This document shows, piece after piece, positions 31,886-45,700 of a stretch of 64,000 bases of DNA; position 1 is the stretch's first letter; the number at the start of each line of letters is the position of its first letter. A program made the position numbers and the translations under genes. The notes under the pieces are model-generated. The model ran no database searches and had not been told where the DNA came from. It saw only the letters and a program-made list of their open reading frames with translations. The stretch lies in NCBI GenBank assembly GCA_964247055.1, contig OZ176053.1:9424001-9488000 (forward strand). Reading direction: 5' to 3'. The DNA comes from Paragordius varius (Eukaryota > Animalia > Nematomorpha).

Positions 31886-33926
31886 ATTTTTACCAAAAAA
31901 TTATATAATATTTATTTATGAATATGCTTCGTCCCCATACCTACATAATATTATTTAAAATTAACAATAATATTATTATTATAATATATATAAATCGTAG
32001 TAATATACTTGCTTATAAATAATTTATGTCATGCATTTTATGGAATCATATGATTCAGAAAATAATTAAAATAAAAGGCTAAATTACGTCAACTATGGAT
32101 ACATTATTGCAAATATTATTAAAATATAATCTTTGAAACAAATGGATATATATTGTTTTGATACACATCTTATTCATCAAAATGGCTAACTAAAACTTTT
32201 GAAAATTTATTTATTTTTAGATATTACTCATAACCAAAAAAATTCAAACAAAAATTTTGTTTAGTGATGTTTAATTATATTTAAAAATTGTTTTAACTTT
32301 TTTCTTAATATATTCTTGGCATGAATACAGTAAAGATAATTAATTTTTTGGCTAATTAATATTACGATAGATAGGTAAATAGTAAGACAAAGACACAATA
32401 TTTATAGAGGTGCGGCTGAAACATTAGTCAGCGAAATGCGGTAGAAAAAATTTTACAATTTTATATTTATAGGAAATTTGGTTAATAATTTATGAATTTT
32501 ACCAATTCTAATGATTTTTTTTATAAATACTTGGAAAAATAATATTAATTGAAAAATAGATTTTTAGGTATAGTATGTACGAAAAATAAATATATGTTGT
32601 AAATAAAATAATTGCTATTTTCAACGCACTACATTATTATCTCCCATGACTGAAACAGTAAAGTTGTATTTTCAAGGAATTAGAAAAAGGAATAAAATTT
32701 TAGATTAAAAAATATGACTTGAGCATATAATGGTACTGATCGATTAAAGAGCCTTCTTCATGAAATTTAACAATGATTTCCTCTCATAGATTATTATTTT
32801 TAATAGAACCCTTCGCTTAAAATATACACAAGAGATCCTACCTTTAGATATAGTTATAACAGTAACAATTGGTAATAAAATATGGAAAAAAGCTAAATTT
32901 TGATCGCTCAAAAAACTATAAACTTCCGACCGCATTGAATGAGTGCAATCGTAACTAGATTAATACAAATGGTAAGAAATATACAAGTTTATTTAGGGTG
33001 TCTTCTAAAGGACAAATACTTAAACCTGCCAGCTGGCTGGAGGATGGAAAAATTGCGCAGTTTAACAATGTTGTAAATGGAAATAAAACTAAACTAAGAA
33101 ATTTGTGTTAATTAACAATTTTTGTTATTGAGTATTTCCCCTACTATTTATTTTAAAATTTAGTTTTATACCATTATACTACTATATTATTGTGTTGCGT
33201 GAGAAACCTCTAAATTTATTGACTGGCGACTGGCATTTTCGAAAGCGCGCGCTCACAATTACATTCATAATTGTTCAGAGCTAGCCCTAGTTCCATATTA
33301 TTTTGAACCAAATAAGTAATAAATACGCATTATATTATATGGAAAAAATATTTAACATGTTTTCGTGTCGTGACAAATTTAATATGGATTTCAGTATCTT
33401 ATTAAAACATATTGATGTTTGTATAACTTTAGGCATGTATGATAAATAGAATAAAACAATTGAAATATATTAATAAAGTCAGACAATTTATAATTAATAT
33501 TACTCCAATAAGTATAAAATCATTTCTTTTACGATTTCTATTAACTAATTACCTACCCATTTACTTAATGAAAAATCAATCTTTTTTACGCTAAGTATAC
33601 ATACGTTTTATATATTATACTCTACACTTGTTTCTGGGTAAACCCTAAAATTCCAAAAAGTGTTGTATCCATTTGTTACCTTTCATGCATAAACTAAATT
33701 AGTTAATTGGTATATTAAAACTTCATTTATATAGAAAAAAAAACATGCACACGAAAAATGATTTTCCCTAGACTATTGACATTGTTTTATTATTTTTTTA
33801 CTTGTGATTTTTAGTACGTTTTACTGTGTGTGTCATTTTATTGAATGTTTTAACCCCCTTACGTATATAACGACGGAAGTGTTATCTCACTAATAGCAAA
33901 TTCATTTCCAAATCTTTTATCCAAGT

Positions 33927-35855
33927 ATGGAAAGATTTTCGTCTCATATATCAACACTTTTCCCCCTAACCAATTATTCGTTAAATTTGTATCCCCAGAG
34001 CTTAGGGCAATACACTATGGTTGCTTCCGAATGGATTATATATGGCTGGATTACACCTTTCATGATTTTGATTGGATTTATTGGTAATTCACTTATAATA
34101 TGGGTTTCGGCACATCAATTACAAATTTTGACAATGTTTGAATTTACAAAAACTAAAACTATAGTTCGTACCCAAAAATTTCAAGCTTGGCTAAATAACT
34201 ATGGTAAATTTGGGAGAAATAATACAATAGCTCCAGTTCATACAATTTCCAGCAGAATCAAAGATGGTAGAATGTCTGAACTGAATAAATTCAAAGAATC
34301 CCAAAAAACGGTAGGCGGTAATATAAAGCAACATAAAATTTTGTGTCGAATGTATCAGTTTTATATGTATATAGCCATTTTTGATCTCTTGACTTGTCTA
34401 ACATTTATCCCATGGCCCGTTCTAATTACTTGGGGTTACATAAATTCTTTTGTACATGCTGCAAGCGAATTCGTAAAATTTTATACAAAAGCCAATGTAA
34501 TTAATGATTCTAAATTAATCACTAACAATATGACTGTGTTGAATGAAACAATACCTCAAGCCAAAAATCGACTTTTAAACCATTTTCTTCATTCGGGTGT
34601 ACCATATTATCAAAATAAAGTTTTCATATATTTCATGGCAAACTTTGAATTTCCTATTAAGAATACGGTGGGACAGGTCGCTGACATATTCATACTTGTT
34701 TTATCGATCGATCGGTATATGGCACTTTGTAAGCCACTTCAATACCAAACTTGGATGAAGCGTTTAACTATGAAAAAGATAATTTTGTGGAGTTTTATGT
34801 TCTGTTTTGTGGTTGAAATAGGCACTACACAATGGTATAGAGTTGAACCGATAACTACATTGGGCTCCGTCGCTATATTATCTCAATCCGTTTATAGGGT
34901 AATGAATGTTACGAATGAAACATTATATGAGATGTTGAAGGGGAGATATGTTATGTATCCGAATTCGGATACCAATACAAAACGTATCATCCTTATAACC
35001 TATGATATCATTCGAGAATTTATTATAAATATAGCGCCATTCGTCCTTTTGTTCATATTGAACGTTAAAATAATTAAGGCATACACTCAATTTATGGAGA
35101 AAAAACAGTTGCGACAAAATGCCAACATAGCTCCGTCCACAGTGAATCAAGATTTTTCTTCCCGTTTCCCATTAAATACAAATCAAGCAAAAGATGTGGA
35201 TGTACGTTTAAAAAAAACCTCACTTATTCCTTTTCGCGACCATTTCAGTGAAAATGATAATGGTACCATGATGGTTTCTAACTGGTCGACTAAAGAATTC
35301 ACAAAAGTGAAAACTCAAACTAAATATTTCCCCAATCAACGCTTGCCAAATAATTTTACCTATTTGTCATTTCCACCCAAACAAAATAATATGTCTCAAG
35401 TAAATGATGGCGCAAGCCAAAACACTTATGAATCTAATTTACATCCAAACTACCAAATCAATAATTTATTAGTGCCAAAGGAACGTGTACATATTAGCGA
35501 ATACAATTCACTAAACACACCAACAAAATTTATTAGTGGTATTAATGATGGAAATAATCATCACCAAAGTAGTACCAAGTACCGATCATCCTTTAAAATG
35601 AAAGAAAAACGATTAACATACATACTTATAGTCTTAATTATCAAGTATTTACTCTTCTCCATCCCCATAGCCACAATTAACATTCTATACGTCCCGCTTA
35701 ATTGTGGGTTAGCCAATTGTATTTTTAGAGATCTGGTGGCTATTACAAATTTACTTGAACTCATGAAGAATAATACTAATTTCTTCATATATTATGCATT
35801 GGATAATACGTTTAAACGCGTTTTACATAAACTTTTACAGTGTCAAAATGAATAA
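33927..35855 (+). CDS. Intronless class A (rhodopsin-like) GPCR, FMRFamide/myosuppressin-receptor-like, 642 aa
   Basis: Single 1929-nt ORF with 7 hydrophobic segments: GN in TM1 (FIGNSLI), AIFDLL in TM2, LSIDRYMALCKP after TM3, IAPFVLLFILN in TM5, KEKRLTYIL..P in TM6, NNTNFFIYY in TM7; N-glycosylation site NYS in the N-terminus. Subfamily is inferred from motif style. Confidence 0.88.
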   Translation: MERFSSHISTLFPLTNYSLNLYPQSLGQYTMVASEWIIYGWITPFMILIGFIGNSLIIWVSAHQLQILTMFEFTKTKTIVRTQKFQAWLNNYGKFGRNNTIAPVHTISSRIKDGRMSELNKFKESQKTVGGNIKQHKILCRMYQFYMYIAIFDLLTCLTFIPWPVLITWGYINSFVHAASEFVKFYTKANVINDSKLITNNMTVLNETIPQAKNRLLNHFLHSGVPYYQNKVFIYFMANFEFPIKNTVGQVADIFILVLSIDRYMALCKPLQYQTWMKRLTMKKIILWSFMFCFVVEIGTTQWYRVEPITTLGSVAILSQSVYRVMNVTNETLYEMLKGRYVMYPNSDTNTKRIILITYDIIREFIINIAPFVLLFILNVKIIKAYTQFMEKKQLRQNANIAPSTVNQDFSSRFPLNTNQAKDVDVRLKKTSLIPFRDHFSENDNGTMMVSNWSTKEFTKVKTQTKYFPNQRLPNNFTYLSFPPKQNNMSQVNDGASQNTYESNLHPNYQINNLLVPKERVHISEYNSLNTPTKFISGINDGNNHHQSSTKYRSSFKMKEKRLTYILIVLIIKYLLFSIPIATINILYVPLNCGLANCIFRDLVAITNLLELMKNNTNFFIYYALDNTFKRVLHKLLQCQNE

Positions 35856-36690
35856 TTTATATTGTTATATCCTTAAACAGAATGAAAAATTGCGCAAAAA
35901 CAAAATTCTTAAACCGCTCCGTTAGCAATCACTTATGGTTCATCGGTGTAATCATGCTATTAATATGTCAAAATTGATTATAATGCATTTTAGGCTCTTT
36001 TAGGGAGATCACCATAGTACGAATGAACTAATAAAACGATAATATTTTGAGAATATCATGTTTCCACAAAAATCTTATAAATAAAAACGTCTGAAGATAT
36101 ATGGTTCTACAAAGTTTTACAGGGGACGGATTATCGAAAATGCGGTTATATAAAATTTTGAGAAATGGGGTGAACTGTCAAATGGAGAAAAGATTAATAT
36201 TTCCGTCTTTAAGAAGTTATACCTATTCAAATAAATATTCCTCGCAAAATACATTAAAATGGTCAGAATCTAAATATATTATAACTATAAAAAATCAAAA
36301 TCCTAACTTTAACACCAGAAATCTCTCGCGACATATCGAGTTTAAGAATAAATAGTGGTATGATTTTCTAAAATAATTATTTTATGCCAATAAAAAATTG
36401 GCATATTTTTCATGTCATGAGAGAAGTATTGTTTGCGAAATTTTGATGATTTTTCTTAACTACAATATATTTTCTTTAAAAATAATCAAAATTTAATACA
36501 TTACTTAATTATTTGAAAATTAATAATTATATAAAAAAATATTAGCCGTAATTTATTTAAAAGAAGTTATTAAAAATACAGTTTTGCTATATGTGTTAAA
36601 AATGTAGGAGTTTCGGCAGTATTTGTTTATTTAAATCGTTGTCAATCAAATAAATTATGCTAAAAACAATTTTTTATGCTTTAAAAACTG

Positions 36691-39600
36691 TTATTTTTTA
36701 GCTAATTTTGTAAGCAGATAAGATCGCCTTAGAATAACCATACATTCATTGCACACTATAATAGGATTAGATGGTGGTTCTAAATGGTTGATTTTTTTCT
36801 TAGAATGCTCAGTATTTCCATTGGAAAGCTTTGATTTGTCATTTATATGACCATTTTCATGGGGGGTATGTGAAGAAACATTTTTGATACAGTTAGTCGA
36901 AAAAGTGGATGGACTTCCAAACGAATTGCGTGAAACAGATCGGGATGTAAATGATTCTTGAGAAGAGTTTAGGGTTGATGATGTTGATAGGCGAAAGCTA
37001 AAATTGGATAAAAAATTTAAAAACCAAACCTTTGGGGCCTTTAGAAAATGATAAATTTTTAGTAAAATAAAGTTTTAGCCTTATCTTTTTACAAAGAATA
37101 CGTTACAATATATGACGTATCCGTATTTTTAGTAGGGATCATAACTAACTTAAATAGCCATATTTATCGATATATATGGATAGACGCCAACACCAAATTT
37201 TTAGAAAATGTTTTTTGCGAGGTTAAAAAAGCTCATTTATACGTTTAAATAACGTAAATGTTGTAATGTAATACTTAGGAGTAGTCGTTAACCCAGGTGT
37301 TTGTGATAAAGGAGGACTTGCTTTATGAGTTATAATAATGGGAGGAGGAGATACATTGTTTTTAAATAAATGCCTTTTCTTTTCCACCTCATCCATTTCG
37401 ATTTGAGGAATCAAAGCTTTCTTGGGTATATTAGTAAGGTGCATATTTGATATTATAATCTATTCAGAAAAAATAGGTTTCGGGACTAAAATTAAAGATT
37501 AATAATTAAAAGCGAACCATTTGACACCAAGACAAGTAATTTTTTCATTTTCTATCGTTATTTACATATAAATTATGTTTTTACTATTGTTTTTTATATT
37601 TGTCAGCGAAAAAGAGCATACATTAATTTTTTTTGAACATATGCGCATATTTATTGTTGAAATTAAGCTATTAAAATATAAAAATGAGCCCGTATTTATA
37701 ATTATTTGGCCAAAAAACAACGGGAAACGAAATTTATAATACAAAAAATATAATGGTTGTTCCGTTTTAAAACAACCTGCTTATATAATTTTATGGATAA
37801 TTTGAAATGATAACTAATTACCTTTTCATAGCATGCATTACACAATACCTTGGTACAAACGGAGCAATTGACCCCTTGTGTACCAAAAAGGGACCAAAGA
37901 GATTTGTGACAATCAAAACAAATCTAATATTTTTGTAAAATTTATAGAAAAATTGAATAAATATTATTTTTTAGGCGTAAGAGCGATAATTCTATACTTT
38001 TTGGTTATATAAATTGCTTAGCAACCAAATTAACAACTTTACAATATTCTTCTCAGAAATATTAATAAATTATGCATAATAATGAAAAATATTTTAAAAA
38101 TCTATATTATTCTGCAATAAATAATTATAATTCAAAAATAAACTTGTTTAAGTTTGAGATTTTTGTAAAGTTTCAAGCTAGTGAGATTCGAAGATTGTCC
38201 ATCAAAATGAGATTCACAATTAGCTTCGTACAAAGCTTTACGTATGTGACAGAATTCTCGGTAACTCAAATTTATAGTGCTCTGTATTTTGGAGCTTTCA
38301 TTATTTTTTCCAGCGTTAAATGAACTGCTATTAAGCTCAATACTCCCATTAGTACTTAGAATGGAAGAATTCTGTAAAATGTATGATAAATAGATAATGA
38401 GCCATCCAACAGTTATAAAATAATGCCTTATATGGTTATACCAATATACTTAAAGAGAAATTTTGAGATATTTTTTAAAATTGAGTTAAAAACAGTGTTT
38501 ATACGTCCAAAAATAGAAATGAAATTTTGAGAAAAGGGATTCAACGCACACATAATAAAAATAGCTTAACTTATATAAAATTAATTTGTCTTTACATATA
38601 TGCAAACAGCAATTATTTTACCCAAAAATAAAATCATCTTAATTTAACAAGTCTTACCCTTTTATTTCCTGAAACAGTTGAATTATTTAGTCGAGATGGG
38701 ATTTTTGTCCCATAATCATTATTGGCATTTTTGTAAATTAATGAGGAAGATCTGTGCAATCCATTCGCTATTATATTGCTTTTATCAGTGGAAAGATGGG
38801 AATTCAAATCGGCGGAATATAAATCATCTTTGGAAGATTGAACATTTGTAAAATTAATTTGATTGTCATCAATCCTATTTGCAATTAAAGGTGTTATTCG
38901 ATGTCTATCAAACAAGGAATATCGTTTTCTAGGAGGTAAATTTTGCTTTCCAAAAGGTTTTAAAAGCGTCGAATTTAATATCTTACAGGAATGAGGGCCA
39001 TTAATATTGGATATATTGTTTTGATTACCGTGTGGTTGTCGCGTGAGCCGTTTTAATTGTAATATATCTAATAAACGATATTGTAAAATAAAAAATAATC
39101 ATTCACAAATATTGTTTATTTAAAAAAAATGTGTTACTTTGTTTTATTAAAGGACTAGAATGTGGAGAAGGGTTTGAATTCTATGTTAAAAAACAATATA
39201 TATAATTAAAAACTAATTTCATTAAAATAAATCTAAAATAATTTTTTTAAATAACACATACCGGTAACCAAAGTGGAAATAGTGTTTGATTGAAAGAGTC
39301 ATTTCGCCCATCCATATCAAGGGAACTGTCATCATATTCGCAATATGCAAAAGCTCGATCTATACTTATTTTGGGGACTGAAGTATCTAATACATATAAT
39401 TATGCCATTAAATACATAAAGTGTGCATTTTAATGGTTGCTTATTACACACCATAGTTGGGCAATTCGCAACACAATAGTGTATGGAAAAAACAACAAAA
39501 TATTGAATAAAATAAACAAAGTAATGGAAGAAAGAAAAAATTGTTTATTTTTGTTGTTTTTTCCATACACTGCTGTGTTGCACATTGACCAACTATAGTT

Positions 39601-42600
39601 TGAAATAAACAACCATTAAATGTATACTGTATTTCAAAAAACTATGATTGAAATTCTTATATGATAAAAAATTGTTTTTCCATTCTAACCTTTTGTATTT
39701 GTAGGCCTAAGCCGTATCCCTTCTTTGATCTCTCGCATCAAACTATCGTGCGGTGTTTCACATTGAGGTTTGGGTCGCCGTTTACTCAATAAATCTTTGA
39801 AGTCAACCTCGTTCCAGCTCTATATAAATAAATTTGGGATTGAATTGATCTACTAATTTATTTTGATTTAGAGCTAGCCTTTAAAAATCAATATCTCTAT
39901 TATTTTATTACCCAGGTTTTCTTTAAATTCGGACGCATAGAAACCAATTCCTCCATAAGTAACGAATGATTGCTTGGAAAGTTTTTTGATAACTAAAACA
40001 AAAAATTAGCTTATGCTTTAATTTATATGGAATTAATTTGTTATATACATAAATATTACAATTATGTTATAGGTAAATATATACATTAAGGATGGGTCCA
40101 CAATTTCGAGATCTCAATCTTGTTTTTAATTCTTCGACAAAATGTGTTTCGTTTGGTTCCACTTCATGCATCTAATAAAATATTAAAAAAAATAATTAAA
40201 GAAGTTATGATAAAATATTTTAACATTTTTAATTAATACTCATAAGATTTAACATTGTAATTTATCACCATAAAAATGCATCTTATATAATTTAAATAAC
40301 TCACCATTTTCTTTTTTGTTGTTAGAGATTCTGATTTAGTAAGCAACATTGTGCGAATTAATTGATGATACTTAATTTGTAATTCTTCGCTACTCGACCA
40401 TGAGGGATAAGCCAATTCACCATATCGAACACATGCCTTAAAATAAACAATATTGAAATGAAAATTAATTAAGATAAATGTTAATGTTTATCTATTATAC
40501 AGATATAAATGAGATCGTTGACAAATTAGGTAATGAGAGTATTAATAATTTTTGATAGTTTTTTGGTAATGAAAATTAAAATATATTACTTGCAGGACTT
40601 GTTGACAACTTAAACCTTTCCCAGATTCATAACACGCAAGATATGTTTTATTCTTTTCGTGTTCGTTAATATTATTGAATGGTGTGTATGTTTTAGAATC
40701 GAGGGATAAATTTTCAAAAATAGATGAATAAGGTTGGCGGCGGCCTTGCTTTGCAATTGGTCCATCTAACGAACCAGTAGAATATTCTCCTCCAGAGTGA
40801 TCCGAAAATTGGGATTCATCCGATATAGTTGATGTAATGTTGGAATTTAGATTAGTTGTTGTTAAAGAAAATATATCATCTTTATTGTTCTTATTATTAT
40901 TGCGATGATGTGGTAAATTGATTGGTGACGAATGATTGGATGTTGAGGGTGATTGTTCGTTAGCATATTCATTGATTGGCCGTAACACACCGGTTTCTAG
41001 AGATAGTACATCTGTATCGATTCCTTCATCTACACACAACAAATTAAAAAATATATAGGAAAAAGTATTATAAAATGTTCCCAAAAAGTTAATATTTAGA
41101 CAATAACTCAATTAATAACTTTGAAATATGGTGGCCAGCTAAATCCACCGCTACCTCCCAATGGTGTTGACTAAATCATTTTTAGTGAACTAACAGCAGA
41201 GGTCAGTTTTGGGCGTTTTTAAATATATTTACTTCGGAATGAGTTTTTTCTTAATTCATATAAAAAGTAAAAAAACTCAACAAACGTATACACCATGTAT
41301 TCGAAAGATTATGAAAAGCTTTTCTCTAAGCGTTGTCACTAATTTATAACCATTAAATAATATTCCAAACAATAAAAATTGTTACCAAATTGTTCATAAT
41401 TCATTGGTGAATCTTCATCCTTAATCTTGCCGTTGTTAAGATTGTTTTGAATTTTCATGATTGGTGGCACAGTAAGAAAATGATTTTGATTATTATATTG
41501 TTGCGAATTGCTGAATGGCTCATCATTAACGTAAGCAGCATCTGTATTTTGCTCCATAATCATTGCATCCAATAGATTGATCATAGCTTCACTCATTGTA
41601 CAACCATTGAGCGTTTTTATATGCCGTTCTTCTTGGTGGTAGTATAAATCGTTCAGCTCTTTAATATTTGATTCACTATCATTATTATCTTGCGACTTTT
41701 GTTCAGGCCTTTCAATCGTTGCTATCGCATTCAAAATCTGAAGTCCGACTTGTGACATTATCTATTAGTATAATTAAGCATAATATAAAAAATATTTTGC
41801 AGCAATTAACAGTGTGAAAACAAAAGTTAAGCTTAATGCCTAATTAAATTTAAGTATTTTTGAGTTAGATAGAATTATCCTAATGAAACTTATTTAATCC
41901 ATTCGAATATCGTTTCTTTTAGCAATAGATCAGCCACGGCATGAAAAAATAAATTATTACGATTTGAATATAATTTAGTTTGTTAAGATATAATTTATTG
42001 CATAATTTATTTATGCTATTACCTATTAATTAAAAATTATAATAAAAAGGTGGAATTCAATTAGAATGTGTGTATCTGAAGCAAAAATGATGATAATGTT
42101 TTGTTGTCGACATTAATTAAATGCATTTTCCGCTTATTTAATTTAAAAATAGAAATATGCCGACCTGAGAAAGACTTATAATAATAATAATAATTAATAA
42201 TTTTTAGGAACAATTTTATTAATTGCTTTTGATTGGTGCATATTGTATGTTGTGCATGTAGATGGAAAAAAATCAATTACATTTTGCATAATGAATTCCA
42301 TGGGAAATTTTTTTTATATATAATGTATTTTTTCACTCAAAATTAACAATATAACTTTGCATATATATATATTGTTTTTCATTTTGTAATTAAATAAGTA
42401 ATACGTACAAACATATGTATAAATCGAATGATATGAAAAATGGCTATAAAATTTGGATTAGCTGATAAATTGATCTAAATTTAAAATTTTGGTTTCTGAA
42501 CTTTAACAAAAAGGTTAGGCGCAATTTAAATTAGTTTATACCAAGGGTGATCATGACAAATGGCTTCTTGGGGTACATTTCAGACCAAAAAACCGGATCA

Positions 42601-42690
42601 TATATAAAGAATATATGGGCATTTATTCGATTTTATAAACATAAAACTGGAAAAAATCGAACACAACATAAAAGATATGAACAGGAATAA

Positions 42691-42761
<71 letters not shown>

Positions 42762-45700
42762 TCTTTAGATATTGCTAGACAACATATACAGCAAAAAGTA
42801 TCATTTTTTGGCTAATAGCAGAAAAAAGCGCAAAAATAACTGTAGGTCAATAATATTTCCCTTTATATGCTATCTGGTAATCAATAAATCCTAAAACTGT
42901 ATAATTTATACTGTATTTAACTAATTTTTGCTAGTTCATTTCCGAAATCGGAAAGTATCATACAGAAATAGTGTGGAAAATATTATTTTTAGATCACCCC
43001 TGATATATGCAAAAACATCATTATTCGGTAAATTACCATTTCAAATTTATAATTGCTTATTGTTGTTTTTAATTTTTAGATGCTTTTAAAACAGAAAAAT
43101 ATAGTTGACGAGAGTGTTTTTGTAAATAAGGGACATCTGCAAAGCCAGATATCGTGGAACAAGGTATATTATATTATACAACAATTTTTAAAAACAAGCA
43201 TTCATCAAAGTCTAATCTCACATTTCCATTGAAACTGCATTACAATATCCGAAAATTAAGTCGAGCTTTAGAAATATGAATAATAGCCGATATAATTATG
43301 ATTAATTTCAGACTAAGTTTCCAAATGTTTTAAACATATTCTATAATATTTACTTGAATGATAGATTTTTCACACAATTGTGAGAATAAAATACAAAATT
43401 CCTTAGTAATATTTATATTTGTCATACAAACAAATATCTAAATAAAAATAAATCAAAATTAACATTTCTTGTCTCATTATATGTAAAAATATAATAATGA
43501 TGAAACACAATAAAAATTGATTTTATATTTCGTTGTTTAGGCGGTGTAAATAAGTACATTTTTTACCCTGAAATTTTATTTTTATATTCCACACACACCG
43601 GAAATTTAATACAAACGCAAATTTATAAAATGAAAATTAATATGATATTATTTTTATTGGTATATGCTAATAATTCTGTATAATTACACTTTGCAAACAA
43701 AATATCTAATTTCATTTTTCTGTATTAAATTATATATTTAACGTTTAATTTTTTTTAGTAAATTATAGACTCAAAAATTATATTTACATGAAAAGGCCTC
43801 CAAAGATAAGCGTTAAAGTCACATACATAGTTTCAGGATAGATTAAATATATATTAAAATTATTTTATTTTTTTGTAATTAATATAACTTTTGAACCTAA
43901 ATTTTATTCATATATCCTTAAACATTCTTTAATATTTAGCATGTAAAATTAAAAAAAAAACAAACATGTGACAATTAAAATATTAGGTTATTGAGCCAAT
44001 TATGTCATTTATATGATATTTATTTAAGGAATGTGTGTATGCGCATCCAAATATAATTCATTTGCGCTTTTCATTTAAAAATTGTTGCAATAGGTATAAT
44101 AAATTTAACTCCATCATGTTTTTTTTGAATAATTGTACAGAGAATGTAAATTTAGATAATTAAGTTTTTCTTCCGTAGGTTAAAACAAAATTTGACTTTT
44201 AATATAAACTTTAACAATTTATTCCTATCTTTTGATTTCAAATTTGGATTCATTACCTAGACCGGCATTAAATTAAATGCTACAATATTATACAATTTCT
44301 AAAATACTAGTTGCACCCTGTCAAGCGCCGATGTGACTATAACAATGATTAGTTTAATTAATATAAATATTGTTTTCAGCAATCTTAGCGATATAATACT
44401 GATGCAAATGAAAAGATGTTTAAATCATTTGTCTACTTTAATTTCTGTTGGATTTCGATATGTCGGCAGATCAAACGCCTCCTGTTAGAAAATAGGCCAT
44501 GTAAAATGTTGTTTTAGATATAATTCATTATAGCTTTTGTGTGCGGCTTTAAATGATATAAATGAAAATAATTTAGGACTGATATAACAAATGATAACAC
44601 ATTAAACATCACAAGTAAAAACCAGAATGACGTAGTATTGCTTAGAAACAAAAAAGGTACAGATATTAGCGCTTTCTAATTGTCAAAGTAATTAATAATT
44701 ACAAAAACATCAGAGCCGCAACAATTTTCAAATAAATAAATTATAATAATATTTTCCTGTCAAACCTGTCACTTGCCATGTATTCATTTATTAAATCTGT
44801 TGCAGACAAAAATATGAGATTTGGACACGACAGTAAAAAAGCCATAATAATAAAATTTCTTAATTGTCAAAAAGTGGTATACTTAATGATGTAAAAAGTT
44901 TTACCTGTTTTTCACGCCTTAAAAGCTTTGACTGTAAATCCTGACTGCTGTTATAGTACGAGGGCGATATTGAGGTTGATCTCACAAATTGATTATTATT
45001 CTTATTTTGAGATGGCAAAGTTTTGTCATTAATAGTTATCATTAAACCGGGTGCAAGGATTTGGTTCTCAACATCTATAAATCAACATTTGGAATCATAT
45101 AATTAAAATCAAAAAATCAAAAAATTATATTAAGGAAATGATATATTAGTGCTAAATATTTTGTGCTTGCATCTGTTTTCTATCGAAACACTTGATATTT
45201 ATCATAGCTATGTATGTGCAGAGATTTAATTCTCAATTCTATGGAATTTTGTGTTTTTGTGATGGTAGAATACATGTATTAATATTAATAATTCAAATAT
45301 TAAATATGGTCAATATAGATATTAACTAGTAAATTCGTGACAAATTTAAACATAGTTTGTTTATAATTAACAAAATAAAATTAAAATGTACATATATATG
45401 GACGTGTTTAAATCCTTAGTTGGTAGGAAACTATTCTACTTCATTTTTTTCTCATAATATTGCAATGTTTAATTTTTTTTCCTTTTCCTTATAAACAAGA
45501 AAATAAAGCAGTTTAAACGTAAAATCTTATATCGTCCATTGACCTGTCTTACCTGCGCATAATATATCTTTTATTGTATTATAAGTATATATGATTAACA
45601 TTAATTATACGTAATTATTCCTATTTAACTAGCAGCAGCAGCATAATAATTATAATAATATTTTTGTGTCTTAAAAATAAATATATATTTTTTAATCCCT

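Noticed and set aside
43080-43162. Plus-strand exon-like segment with good acceptor and donor inside a Spire intron
   Set aside because: No partner exons or homology found, so a nested gene is unsupported.
44300-44400. Extra minus-strand Spire exon candidates (also ~43215-43270)
   Set aside because: They end in stops or break phase; 44437 joins 41761 directly and restores the conserved TE.K/IMSQVG junction.
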